Assembly (NCBI GenBank): GCA_040437565.1
Contig: JBDOQK010000002.1
Coordinates: 248,001-312,000, forward strand
Reading direction: 5' to 3'
DNA from: Albugo candida
Lineage: Eukaryota
Length of the DNA: 64,000 bases
Of this stretch, positions 23,067-36,543 are shown piece after piece. Under the pieces are notes generated by a model, which ran no database searches, was not told the origin of the DNA, and saw nothing but the letters and a program-made list of their open reading frames with translations. Position 1 is the first letter of the stretch. Each line of letters starts with the position of its first letter. A program made the translations under genes and the position numbers.

Positions 23067-24308
23067 ATGCTGACGTAAGAGAGAGCTTGTCGAATTTGTA
23101 ATGAATTACACCGAGTAATCGCTACCGAGATACGTCACTATTGTGCACCACCATCATCGTTTCCAGCTATTTTTGAGTTTGCCGAAGATGCTGATGAGCG
23201 CACTATCAAAGCTGACGACAGCACTGGAAGACGATTGAGTTTGACTTTGGAGATGATCAAAGAACTTGACGCGCTATACGTATACAGGAAGGAGCTATCC
23301 ACTGCAATTTCAAAAGCGACACACGATCGCAATAGTGGATCCGATTCGCAATCACAATGCCTAACATTGCCGCAGATAGTTATAATGGATACTATAGAAA
23401 TTTTGAATAACCTCCGATCAACATCATTCTCACATTTGAATGTTTCCAGCATGCATTGCGTGGCCAAGTCATTTCACACATTACATGCACCGACAAGTAA
23501 GAGCTTCGATTTTTGACTTGATTGCGTCTGCTTCTATATAATGCACAATTGCAGTACGACCATAACATTGTACCTTCCTAAACTCCAATGATCGATTTAT
23601 TTCGAGATTTCGCGATTCTTTAATACGTACATAGCGAATGTGTACGTATGGTCATCGCAATTTTTAATATCATTTCATCACAAAGTTGTTTCTGACCAAT
23701 CCATTCTGTTTTGAGCTTCCTAGACCTGGACCATTCACGTCTGCGCGTGTGTCTATCGCTTCTTAATGGCTTGCATGCATATAAAGAGGAGTGGTATGCT
23801 TTAGCGAGCCATTATCTATTTTCCGTTACAGACAGCACACTCACGATAATACATGCGCCGTTGCTTTCGTCCGTTCTTGTAATCTCCTCAGCCTCCTCAG
23901 GCCATGCACTTTGTAGTAGAGCCAATCATGCCATTTCAAATGCTGATTCCCGATGATACGCTAAACTAAAAAGGGCTGTCTATTAGAGTGCTCAGTAGAC
24001 ATGATAAACCTCGCAGGTATGAATGGATTTCAGATTACCATCAAGTGATTAATCGTGTAATTCCACATGACCCAAATTTCATCATTGGCGGTGAGCCCAA
24101 GATTTCCTCCGTCTATAGCAGCATTGTGTATTGCTTGATGAAACACTTGCTTCTCGGAGCTTTCTGTTTACGTATATCTACCTACACGTAGCAGATAAAA
24201 AAGGACTCAAAGGAGCGCCGTTCTCTTAGACGCGAAGTCGCGGCGAATTCGTTGGCAAGTTTCATCCAAAGGTTATGCAACAGCTTCCAAGATCTCAATA
24301 TAGTGTAG
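23067..24308 (+). CDS. Intron-rich hypothetical protein; exon structure unresolved
   Basis: Chain of short + ORFs (23235-23516, 23711-23956, 23988-24191) with GT..AG boundaries. No recognisable domain. Confidence 0.35.
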
Positions 24309-25610
24309 TGCTTTGTAGACTCATGCATAGACCAGCCGTGTATCGAACTTTACAATAATTCCATTTTCTTCACTGCCGGAGTATCGAATTCATTTGCATT
24401 GAATAAAGACGAGTCTCATCTTTAAGGTTCGGACATCGTGATGGTAATATCGAGAAAGCTGATTAGACTTCTATTTCTCAAGATACGGTAGATCTCCTAC
24501 TAAAAAGCGATGGAGAAGGTGCACTTCTTTACACCAACTCACCGGTATGAGATGTGACTCACACAGCCTTTCTGCTGTATTCGCTCAGAGGAAATACTCA
24601 TATAACCCAAAGCAGATAAAGTACGCCATGGAATGATCGCTAAAAATTTAAAGACACCCTCATATTGGCAAACAAACAGCGAACACTTTGCGCAGTATGA
24701 TAAAAGGCCATGCGATAGAATTCGACATGATTGGTCGCGAAATTTGATCCATGTCAGTTAATGNNNNNNNNNNNNNNNNNNNNNNNNNNNNNNNNNNNNN
24801 NNNNNNNNNNNNNNNNNNNNNNNNNNNNNNNNNNNNNNNNNNNNNNNNNNNNNNNNNNNNNNNTTCGCTCAGAGGAAATACTCATATAACCCAAAGCAGA
24901 AAAAGTACGCCATGGAATGATCTCTAAAAATTTAAAGACACCCTCATATTGGCAAACAAACAGCGAACACTTTGCGCAGTATCATAAAAGGCCATGCGAT
25001 AGAATTCGACATGATTGGTCGCGAAATTTGATCCATGTCAGTTAATGAAGAAGGAGCAAAATGAATCTCGTGCTCAAGGGAAGTGCGTGGCGATTACTCT
25101 GAATGAAACACGACACATTTCAGAATTACGGCGGCACTTGAAGTCGTTGATATAGCGCATCGTGTCACTCTTGATACATCATCAAAGAGTGTACCCAAAG
25201 CGATTATATCAGCGTTACAATGGAGGGAATTGTGTATTGAATAGCTAAAGTACACCTAACATGAGAGTGCGCATTAATTGGTCTGACTTTTAAAGGCATC
25301 AAAATGTGCATAGAGTAAGGCCAACAATTCAAATAGATTGATTACACCGCTCGATCGTGCATCGTGGGGCGTCTTTATCACCACAAGATTATCTCAAATT
25401 CAGNNNNNNNNNNNNNNNNNNNNNNNNNNNNNNNNNNNNNNNNNNNNNNNNNNNNNNNNNNNNNNNNNNNNNNNNNNNNNNNNNNNNNNNNNNNNNNNNN
25501 NNNTCTTTATCACCACAAGATTATCTCAAATTCAGATGCTAGCCACATCTTATCGTTAAATTATAAAACACGACTGTTGTCCAGTCAGAAATTGTGGTCG
25601 CTACTAGAAA

Positions 25611-26876
25611 ATGGATGTCACAAGCGGAGACTCGTCTGCTACTCCAGGCTTGAACGTGATCTTAGACCCTTCAGAATATTTGACTTTCCACTTACAGCCC
25701 AGTGCATCCCCTCAGTCTAAACTGAGCATTCGCAATACGTCTGCAGATCGTATCATAGCATTCAAAGTTAAGACCACACGACCTTTACGATATCTAGTAC
25801 GACCGAATCAGGGAATGCTGCAACCGGACGGATCCGCCTCTATCGTCGTGAGTCTACAGCAAAAGGATTGCGAAGAGCTCTTACGTCTGGAACCCTCTGA
25901 GAGGCAAACGCTCAATGACAAATTCCTCGTACAGAGCATTTATATTGAAAATTCATTTTACGAATCCGTTCGCGCCAGAGGCTCCAAAGAGACTGCAGAT
26001 GTATTGACACAAATGTGGTTGCATACGAATAAAGCCAAATTGTCGAATAAGAAACTGAGATGTCGATTTGTTCAAGAACCGATAGAAAATAATGGAAGTA
26101 AAATGCAAATAGAGACACAGCCGATACCCTCACACGTATCGATAGGAAGTCGAGATGGATCGATATCTCCAAGGTCAGGCCTGAGCACATCACACCTGCA
26201 ATCGAGCTTTCGTGAAAGTAATACCGATACAAGTGAGAGACGAGAAATTAAGGAGCACGACCTGGCCACTAAGGTAAGGATGCACGCATGTCATGAAGAT
26301 GGCTCGGCTGATTACTCGTTTATTGTAGACTTCTGTACAGGAAGTAGCTAGTCTGCGGAAGAAGTACGATGAGGTAATAATCGTCAAACCTGGTCTGGTC
26401 ACAAAGTGAAAAATCTCACTATCCGACGCTCTATATGGTAGCTTGTGGCATTTACTGTCCAACTGACAGCACAAAGGGACGTGCTTTTATCGGATCTGGA
26501 GAAAACATATCCTTATTCAGCGTCAATTACTGCTATATATCTCATTTGCCACTTTTTGTTTCCTTAACATCACTCTTCATTTACTCGGCAGCATTTACAA
26601 CGAGCAACCACAGATGTTCAACGATTCAAGAAACTGGCAGAGGAAGGGCAATCAATTTCTTCGTTACGCAATCGCAAAGCAGGCCAAACTAGCAATCCGA
26701 ATACACCGGAGGAAGTTCCATCGACCGGAAAACTCAACAGCATACGGGATTCAACGGTGAGTGAATGTTCCACTCCAAGCTCATTGTTGACATTTACGCT
26801 TTGCCTCCAGGCGTTTGGACTCTTTCATATTTTGATTTGCGCGATTCTCTTTTTTCTGATCGGGCGATATTACTAG
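25611..26876 (+). CDS. VAP: VAMP-associated protein (MSP domain, coiled coil, C-terminal TM), multi-exon
   Basis: IAFKVKTTRPLRYLVRPNQG and DKFLVQS motifs. Final exon AFGLFHILICAILFFLIGRYY*. 3' exons are duplicated at 27467-27705 across a gap. Confidence 0.9.
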
Positions 26877-27823
26877 CGTGAGCAGAGTGCTTCAGACAGA
26901 AGAATCAAAACAAATAAAGTATGTGTTCATGTTAGCCGAACTTCCACATTGTGAGTAACTAGAGAAGATGAAGAGCAAGACGCATATTGTGTCTTCATTT
27001 GTGTGGTTGCAGGACGCGTTTCCTGTCGCGTTTGGGAGATATCTCCGGTTCAATTCCATCAGTAGCGCGAAATCGCTTCAATATACCCATGAAAAAGGCT
27101 TTTCGATTGCGAACTGTTTTTGTGAGACACTCATCAAATTCCTGAACAGCATTTTTAGCAGTTTCATAATCAAACCAAGACAAGAAATCAATCATGCGCT
27201 CATCAACATCGTCTTGGGTTAATTTTGACTCCGGGTCGGCAACTTTTTTCTGGATTAGAGCTTTCGTTTTCTCAATCTGCTTCTCGGATTGCTTGACACG
27301 AAGTGATTGTAGACGTTCGAGACGAAGTTTCGATTTGTTGCCTCCACCATTTGCAGTGAGTTCGACNNNNNNNNNNNNNNNNNNNNNNNNNNNNNNNNNN
27401 NNNNNNNNNNNNNNNNNNNNNNNNNNNNNNNNNNNNNNNNNNNNNNNNNNNNNNNNNNNNNNNNNNCAGAGGAAGGGCAATCAATTTCTTCGTTACGCAA
27501 TCGCAAAGCAGGCCAAACTAGCAATCCGAATACACCGGAGGAAGTTCCATCGACCGGAAAACTCAACAGCATACGGGATTCAACGGTGAGTGAATGTTCC
27601 ACTCCAAGCTCATTGTTGACATTTACGCTTTGCCTCCAGGCGTTTGGACTCTTTCATATTTTGATTTGCGCGATTCTCTTTTTTCTGATCGGGCGATATT
27701 ACTAGCGTGAGCAGAGTGCTTCAGACAGAAGAATCAAAACAAATAAAGTATGTGTTCATGTTAGCCGAACTTCCACATTGTGAGTAACTAGAGAAGATGA
27801 AGAGCAAGACGCATATTGTGTCT

Positions 27824-28735
27824 TCATTTGTGTGGTTGCAGGACGCGTTTCCTGTCGCGTTTGGGAGATATCTCCGGTTCAATTCCATCAGTAGCGCGAA
27901 ATCGCTTCAATATACCCATGAAAAAGGCTTTTCGATTGCGAACTGTTTTTGTGAGACACTCATCAAATTCCTGAACAGCATTTTTAGCAGTTTCATAATC
28001 AAACCAAGACAAGAAATCAATCATGCGCTCATCAACATCGTCTTGGGTTAATTTTGACTCCGGGTCGGCAACTTTTTTCTGGATTAGAGCTTTCGTTTTC
28101 TCAATCTGCTTCTCGGATTGCTTGACACGAAGTGATTGTAGACGTTCGAGACGAAGTTTCGATTTGTTGCCTCCACCATTTGCAGTGAGTTCGACATTGA
28201 TACGTCGACCTTCCAAAAGTGAATGATGTCGAGATAGTGCAGCCCCAAGCGCTTTACTGTCAGAGACTTGGATGAAAGCCGTTCCTTTGAATTTCTTTGT
28301 CTTCTTGTCTGTCAACATCCGTATTTGGATGTCTCCTGCTTCCTGAAAGTGCTCTTTGATCTTTTCAGACGTCGCAGTAAAAGGGAGCTGACCAACAAAC
28401 AACGTCAAATGAACTTTTTGCGCGTTGTTCCGTTTGGTTGCGCTGTCCTTCCTCTTGGTCTCATTATCTTCGTTTTTTTGGCCCGGCTTGGATTGATCAT
28501 TTTGCCTCTTCCGTTTGCGAGCAACATCACTGGAATGAATTTTCGCATCATCTTTTTTATCTCCAGTATTTGCTTTACTCACGTCGGCGTCTACTTGTTT
28601 CAATCTGGCTTGCTCACGAAGGTATTTTCTCCTTTCCTTTGCATTCAATTTAGAAACATCTACGTCTGACCCCGCTCGCTCGTTTGAATTCTTTGAAGCA
28701 ATTGCACTAGCATTTGCTCGATCACACTGCGCCAT
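27824..28735 (-). CDS. RRM-containing, probably nucleolar protein (Nop6-like)
   Basis: LFVGQLPF (RNP2), KFKGTAFIQ (RNP1) and RRINVELTANGGG, with a basic N-terminus. Partial duplicate at 26995-27366. Confidence 0.8.
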   Translation of the reverse strand: MAQCDRANASAIASKNSNERAGSDVDVSKLNAKERRKYLREQARLKQVDADVSKANTGDKKDDAKIHSSDVARKRKRQNDQSKPGQKNEDNETKRKDSATKRNNAQKVHLTLFVGQLPFTATSEKIKEHFQEAGDIQIRMLTDKKTKKFKGTAFIQVSDSKALGAALSRHHSLLEGRRINVELTANGGGNKSKLRLERLQSLRVKQSEKQIEKTKALIQKKVADPESKLTQDDVDERMIDFLSWFDYETAKNAVQEFDECLTKTVRNRKAFFMGILKRFRATDGIEPEISPKRDRKRVLQPHK

Positions 28736-29030
28736 TGAGTGTACTTTTGCTGTGACCAATCAAAAGCATTACAAGTTTTATCCAACAAATTTGCTGCATT
28801 GCACCGATGCAATCCGCCTTCAGGATAATCTATGCCACTATTAAGTATAATGCTCACCCTATTAATAATGAAGTGAAGCGTTGAAGTACATTTCTGATAT
28901 CTCGGAGCATGTAAGTTGCGAATTGCGCTGACCGATAAAACGCTCAAATTTGCTCATTTTTGTCTGACAGCCAGCAAGCTATTTAACCAATCAGAAAAGT
29001 GCAACCGGAAGCTCTCATTTGGCGGGCAAA

Positions 29031-32000
29031 ATGGCACCAAAAAAGAAATCCACAGCTCTCAAACGGAAACGAACGAAAGGAAATTCAAAAAAAGAAGATA
29101 GTGATCGCGCAGAAGATAACGCCTCTAAAAAAGTTGCATCACGCAAATCAACGCGGCAAATGCGAGCACGGGAGGAGACACGATCTGTTGATGATTCTGT
29201 TGCAGAATTAACAGATGAAACGTACTTTGATGACGGAGGAGAATGCGTCATTGAGAGCTCAGGGAATATTGGTACGATCACCAAGAGGGAAGACTTGGAC
29301 GCTGTTCCCGCAGGGGAAGACGTCGAGTCAGACGACCTGAAGAAAAAGATCTTTTCTGGAATTTACTTGACAAGTGGCAGCAACAAAACGGAAATATGTC
29401 GTCGATTGAAGGAGACTTGGAAAGTACTTCAAAGCATACCCAACATATCACATGCAGCTTATGAATTACAAGAAAAATCAGTATCGCCGGATGATCTACG
29501 GCTTTTGAGTTCCGAGATCTTGAAGGATGACGTTATGGAGACACGGGATAAGAATGCACGTTCTCGTATTGCCTGTTGTATTGTCGAGTTATTACGCGTT
29601 TACGCCCCAGAATCGCCATTTCCATCGAAGCAGCATACTTGTACTGCCATTCATTTTATTTTGGAGCAACTAGTTGCACTTTCACAGGAATCTACCGCGA
29701 GGGCTACATCAGTTGGGGCTAAGAGTAGTCTTGATTTTCAGTTTTATCATATACTGGAAAGTCTTTCCGACTTGAAAGTTTGCATCTTGGTCAGCAGGCT
29801 GAACTCACCAAACGAAGAAGGAGAACCAACATTGTTAGTACGATTTGCCCAAGCATTCTTTGAGCTCATTCGCCCCGAACATTCCAATCGAGTTCACAAT
29901 CTGATGATATCAACCTTAGTGACCATTATTGAAGAATCAGAATCGATCGACCAGTCGTTTCTCGAAGCTCTATTGGTCCTACTTGTTCACAACCGCAGTA
30001 CAGAAGGTATCGGAGAGCTTCAAAAAGACTCAAGTCCTGAAAGCGGTCCTTATTATATATCTCGTGAAGTGATTTATCGAACGTCTGAATCCTTGCAGAC
30101 ATTTCTTGCGCAATTTTTGAATAACTTTTTGATCGAAGACAACCGAGATGAAGATCGGAAATCATCTGAAGTGAGGGAGAATTTGTTCTCTGTGATCTTC
30201 GAGCTCCACAAGATTTGTCCCAGTCTCCTTCTATACATTCTTCCAAACATTTGTGTGCAACTTCAGGCTGATGGGATTGCCACACGTCTGAAGGTGGTTT
30301 CTTTACTTGGGAAATTATTCGCTTCTCCGGACACAGAGTATGGGGCTGAATCGATGAGACTCTTCCGAGAATTTTTAGGTCGCTTCCGTGATATCAGTCA
30401 AGAAATTCGACTCAATATGATCCAATTGGGCGTCATGATTTGGCAGGAAAAACGTGATCTTGCACCGCTTATCGAGAATGAATGCATCCTTCGTTTAAGT
30501 GACTCAGAGTGGGAAGTTCGAAGAGCGGTTGTAAATGAAGTTTGCGATTTATCTGCGAATCATCTCGGGATTGTCAGTGAGGAGTGCTTGCGTCAGGTTG
30601 GAGAACGTCTGAAAGATAAAAAACTCATCATACGAAAGGAAGCAATGACAGGATTAAGTCAAGTATACGCACATCATGTCTCCGCATATTGGGCTCGATC
30701 AAAGAATCAACCAAATGAGAGATTGTTGGACGTGATACCAAAGGATTGTCTCAAAAAACTTGGTTGGATCCCGGACTATGTGCTGAAATGTTTCGCGTAC
30801 CCACAACAAGAGCTTCGACTACGTGTTGTCCAGCTTCTGGACGACTACATCCTTCCCAAGGCTTTTGACGTCAAAATTCGAGCAAAAGGGTTTTTGTTTC
30901 TGTATCAGCATTTGGATGACGTTTCCATTGAGGCTTTCAGGAGAATTTTACAGGAAAGAGTCAAATGTATACAAGCTTGTCAAGAGTACATTGACACCAG
31001 AACCATGTTGCGTCAAACCAAAGGATCACCCATCACTTCCTATCAAAACATCACGCGAGTATTTCGTGACGAGATCGCACCAATGTTCAACGAGACGGAC
31101 CATCTGGACAAGTTGATGGATCAACTTAATTCGTGGAAAGATCAGACTGTTTTCAGAGCGCTGTCGTCCATCAGCGATTACACGAAATCACAAAAGGAGA
31201 TACGTGCAAGTCGTGACCGGCTTGTCAAGTGCGTTGGCTCTAAAAGTGCGCTCGGAGCATTTATGAAGGACTTCTGTCGCAAGTCAAATCTGCTGACATT
31301 CAGCAAAGAGTCCGTTGATTTCTTCCTGGAAATAGTAAGGAATAGCGGAGGCTCGACTATCAGGGAACGTCACACTGCGCTGCGAATTATCGCATTGGTA
31401 GCAAAAGTGATGCCAGATTTGCTGTATTCTTTTTTGTCGCACGAATTGGATCAGTTCTTAGCGGTCGATGCGAAATTGGAGGTCCCCGGAGAATCAAACG
31501 AATGGAAAATCTTTTGTGGCGTATTGGCAATGGCTGCAAGCACCGCAAAGCAATACAGAAAAAGTTCTAGTGCAATGAAGATAGATGATAAGCAAACACT
31601 CTCATCAAGCACGAAAAAATGTCTTCAAGATTATTGCACCGGAAATACTGACGTGCCCATCGCGTTACAGCAACAAATTGCAAAGTCGTCGGCCAAAATC
31701 TTGACAAGTCTTTCATGCGATCCCAAGGAAGTGCATCTGCTTATTCAACGACTTTGTGCGAAGAATAATTTCTCGTCGATCAAAAACCCCAAGTTGCCAA
31801 GTGCGCTATCAAGCTTACATGTGTTATTGAAATGCTCTCTTGGAGATTTGGAAATTGCCGATCGCACACTACTGGCTGGCACGTGGGACGCAATCCTCGA
31901 GTATATTAAGATGGATAGCACAAAAAAGAAGGAAGAGAACTCAGGCGGAAAGAAAGGAAAAGAAAGAAATGGTGGACTGACTGTGTCTAGACTGATCGAT

Positions 32001-33405
32001 ATTCGCTCAAGTATTATACAAGTGGGTGCACAGCTCCTCGTGCATCACCATCTGAGCACCGATGTCGATGGATGTGGTCGCGACCGAATATTACTCGATT
32101 TATTATTCGAGATTTTACGCTCAGATGGAAAAATATGGACAAATACTCCATCGTTGATGTCAAAATGTCGTATGGTTGCATCAACTACTATACTGAAGCT
32201 TATGTCCAGCACTCGAATCGAAGCTTTGTTGAGTGTGTCTGAATGGCACATTTTGGGCTTCGTGATGCAGGATTCTAGCTCTGATGTTCGCGCTGCATTC
32301 CTCAAGAAATTGACAGCTCATTTGATGAAAAAATCGGTCTCTCACCCACACAAATATTTGAGCTATTTAGCGTTGGCTGCTACCGAGTCCAATATGAATC
32401 TGAAAAAACAAGCCAAGATTTTGCTTAGCACAGCTGTGAAGCGCATGCGGCAAATGTTTGAGGCTGCTGCTTCGCAATGCCAAAGTATCGATGAGGGTGG
32501 AATTGACGCAGTCCAAAACAAAAATGCACTCATTGTTCCCGAATATGCATTGCCTTACGTGATCCATTTATTGGCACATCATCCCGATTTTCCACCTCTT
32601 CCCGCTACATCGCCCAGCAGACGATGCAAAAGTGGACCACATCGCTCTGCTGTTTGGATCGACCAAATGATCTATTTGAACTTTTTCTTGGACGGACTGG
32701 TAGCATCGTCGAACGCTCGCGATACCGACAACATTGCGTTTCTTTTGCAGATTTCGGTCAAGCTCTCTGGATGTGTTGATGTGACCGCTCCAGAATGTGG
32801 CAACGTTCATGAGTTAGTACAAAGTACAGTCGAGTCATTAAAAAAGCGAATCCGGAATCAGTCCAATCTCAAATCATTTCCAGGCAAGATATTTCTCCCA
32901 AAGCAGTTGTTCGCTCCACAGTCCAAGTCGAATGAGGTTCCAGAAACGGAGGATGAGCAAGCATGTACGTCAAGTTCAAGCCTGCGCAAGTTCCCTCGAC
33001 TAAGTGTATGTGCTGTCGAACATTGTATCGTTTCATTCGCTAATCTTTTGTTGATAGACGTCGCTCTCTCCCATTAAAGCGGCAACACTTGCTATTGAAG
33101 CAGCGGGGACGCCTATTGGGACAAAGAAGCGACGACTGACTTCGCACGCCGCGCCCAAACGCCAAAAGATTGGGCAGAAACGCGAAGGTTGTACCCCTCC
33201 ACCCAAGTCAAAAAGTAATAACGTTGGACCAGTTACAGCAACTACACCTTCGAATCGCTCCCCGCTCATGCGCCGTGCACGACTTTCTCACAAGAGTTAT
33301 GTTGCGGAGTCTTCTGATGATAGCGATGGCCCCGATAATTTTGTGTCCCCCGGATCAGTCGCAGCACGTGTTCGAGCGTTATCCCCAAACGTAACGTCGC
33401 GTTAG
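29031..33405 (+). CDS. PDS5: Sister chromatid cohesion protein PDS5
   Basis: ELLRVYAPESPF, FREFLGRFRD, ERLKDKK, LGWIPDYVL and PEYALPYVIHLLAHHPDF. Intron 33006-33057, then a last exon to TAG 33405. Confidence 0.93.
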
Positions 33406-33613
33406 GAAGAAGCCAAACGTCAGGAAAAATTGCTCGACTACCGCTTGATATAAGATACCGTACCATGCAATATCTTGATGCGTTTTCTCTATGGTTGGCT
33501 GATGACCGATACTGGCACCAATGTCGATTACTCAATTCAAAATGTGACAGCTTGAAGGAATATGGGTACGGTACATTCATTGCAATCATTATGGTCGGTA
33601 CATGTGTGCATAT

Positions 33614-34522
33614 CTACCAGAGAAAGATCGCAAACTCCAGGATGAGATACACAACTGGCCACGGCAAAAACATCCAATAAACGCACGAATGAGGTAGTCC
33701 AGAGACTTTTGTCAGTTGTATTGCACGTATTGTAGACATGCGGGTCTGAAAAGGATGAATGATCGGTAGAGAAAAGTATGACCTGACAAATGCATATCGA
33801 AGTGTGTCGAGCAATGCAGTTAAGTAGAGACTCAATCCCTGCCACTTTTTCTGCCCCTGCTGGATGATATATGCACATCGTCGCTGACTGGCGACGTTCG
33901 CCCAAAGGATGAGCTGGCATTTGTATCGCTCAGAGTGTGGAAAGTGTCTGTGCGAGTTTGGAGACCAGACAATCGACCAGTGTTCCGTGAGCATGTAACG
34001 GAGACAAGGAGAGAACCATGAGGAATGTTGCGCTAATTCTAACGTGGAGCTACCTTCAAAACATGCATTGGAAAAGATAATTGCAAAAGTCTTTGTGAAA
34101 AGCTCATACCAATAAGCGCTCGCGAAGCCCCTGCTTGCAGCAATATGTTCACCATTTGAGCGCTTTGACGTTGTAAAGCCATTCGAAGCGCTGACGTTCC
34201 GGCTCTATGAAAGGTAAATATGAGACTACATGCGTGCCGTGAAGAGGTCGGTAGCATACAAAGTGCATAGATTCAAATTTATATGATCATCGTCCACTAG
34301 TCGCTGTAGCACACTGATGTGTCCATGCCACACGGCATAATGCAAAGCTGTCCATCCCTCCCCATACGCCACGTTCACGTTCCCTCTTTCAACAATATAT
34401 TTATCAACATACTCTATATCTCCTCTAGCAGCTGCTTGAAGAAATGCACGACTATCTCTGCTCCGATTCCACCGCTTTTGTGGCTGAGATGCTTCCGGCG
34501 TGCACCTCATGCGTTTGTGCAT
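33614..34522 (-). CDS. Ankyrin-repeat protein with a C-terminal F-box-like motif (multi-exon)
   Basis: GWTALHYAVWHGHISVLQRL and GTSALRMA...ILLQAGA repeats. Last exon ends FLPWPVVYLILEFAIFLW*. Confidence 0.75.
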
Positions 34523-34532
34523 CTGTCAGTGG

Positions 34533-36543
34533 TCAGGTTTCATCGTCTTCAATTTCGCCAATCACAAAGCGAGGTGTGAGTGATTGCTGTGTTGTCGCTT
34601 GATCTCTCGATGAATTCAAGGAGGTTGATTCCTCGTGTAGGGTACCGCCCGGAGAGGCTACAGCTCGACCATTTTCCCGATGAGCACCTTGTTTCGTATC
34701 AAGCGAGTTTCGATCACTTTCGGTGACCTCTGTGTCGCTCAGTGGGAGCCATGAACTTTTAGATACTCGTTTCCATGCAAAAATCCCGATTCCAATGCAA
34801 ACCAACGAGAGAATTACAATCTGAAAACTTGAGCTGGCTGCTTTCGTTTGCCCTTCCTTTCCAAGCATTGCTAGCGTTTTGATTGTAGATTGCCGATGTT
34901 TTGTGGTGACTTTGCGTTTATTAGGTGAGTCTGTGTCATACTTTGCTACATTGTATCGATGCATTAGGATCAGGAATGAGAACGGTGTATGTGAAGTACC
35001 GCAGCTTGCATGAGCAAAGCCAATGACATCTTGATCGAGGTCAAAAATAACATTGTAGTCTGCGAATATGCGACTTCCAAGGACTACAAACGATGTCACA
35101 ATCAAATTATTGACATAAAATCTGACATACAACCAACCTCCCCCTGTGCGCTCGGTAAACTGGATTCCAGCGGAATAAGTATCTTTTCCGGTTGGAATCA
35201 AGTAGCTACTTGCTGGAATGGTCAATTGCAAATCATTTTCTTCATTTACCCCAGCAAATACCAGTGTGATGGTAGGCAAGGCATCTTTTATATTCTTTTC
35301 GAAAATCATATCGCCTTCTTGCTCATAGTTGAAGCCTGTGATGCTTTTGAATACCTTTTGGAATGCCTCCCCTGACATAGATGGGAAAAAACTTTCGACT
35401 GAGCTACTAGCGATCACCATTCCACGACCGCTACACGCATTTTTTCGTCAGATTTGATTAATTGCTAGCTTCGTGAAAATACCTGTTGTATTGTCTTTCG
35501 TCAACTCCAATCGACCGGTTGTTGATACGAATGTCCTTCAAATTGACCCCGTGCAACGTGTCATTTTTACTAACCACGCTTCTGGTATACATTACGCCAG
35601 AAGTGTGATGCATCGAGTCAAATCCCCCAAGCACAAATGTGCCACCCGATTCATGTAAGCAGTAAGAAAAAATCCTGTGTTCGATCCGTCTGGCTTCTAC
35701 CATGAAATTGAGGATAGTGCGGTTGCTTCGATCAAGACCCAAAACACCATTCTCCATTTGCTGAGAAAAAATTCCGTTCTCAAAAGTTTCACATGTAAAT
35801 CTCATTGGAAAGCCAAACTTCTCGATGACACCGCTCAACGATTCCGTATTAACGATTTTTGGAGAGGCTACCCAGACTAGATCTTCGACTAACAGACCAC
35901 TCCAAAAGCTTCCATCGGAGTAGCTCTACACAAAAACGTGATGCTGTATTGATTGCGGAACTCCAATCAGATCTCGTACTTGTTCAATTCGACAATTTCC
36001 ATCCTCACAAGAATTGCACACAGTCTCTGCGCTACATGTCGTAAGTTTGGACGTTTGAGATTTGGAAATATCATAATAAGGATCAGTATGATCTGCACAT
36101 GCCACACAACTTGTTCTGATGTGAGTATTGCATTACATTAATGATATATTCTTACTTTTTGCACGGAAATACTGTATGTTGACTCGTTGTTTCCAACAGC
36201 AAAGAAGCCTTTTGCAATGGTGTTCCAATATATAAGTCGATATAGTATGTCCTGTAAATTTTTAGGATGAGACTGAATGGCAACACGAATCTTAGTCGAC
36301 TTACCCATAGCCAGTACCAAGAGATACTTGATTGAACACAATCATCTTGTCATTTCTGTTCATTTTGCCTGATAGGGCTTCATCCTCACTCTTTAAATTC
36401 CTTCCAGCAATCGATTTCGTGTATGGTTTGGCAGGAACCAAAGTATCAGCACCAGTACAGCCATTATGAAACCACTGAACGTAAATGAAGAATCCCAAAT
36501 ACGTCGCGTTCTTCAGCAGGTAGAGCCATTTCGCATTTCTCAT
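34533..36543 (-). CDS. A1/plasmepsin-V-like aspartic protease homologue lacking both catalytic Asp; N-terminal hydrophobic segment and C-terminal TM
   Basis: GTYYIDLYIGTPLQKASLLLETTS, CVACADHTDPYYD, YSDGSFWSG, ENGVLGL, RIFSYCL, GMVIASSS and YNVIFDLDQDVIGFAHASC. About five short introns. Confidence 0.88.

Noticed and set aside
26637-28196. Duplicated VAP tail and RRM gene
   Set aside because: Gap-flanking overlap with an 829-bp offset.
17593-36543. Three pseudoenzymes as one functional cluster
   Set aside because: They belong to unrelated pathways and are interspersed with housekeeping genes. There is no sequence evidence of linkage.
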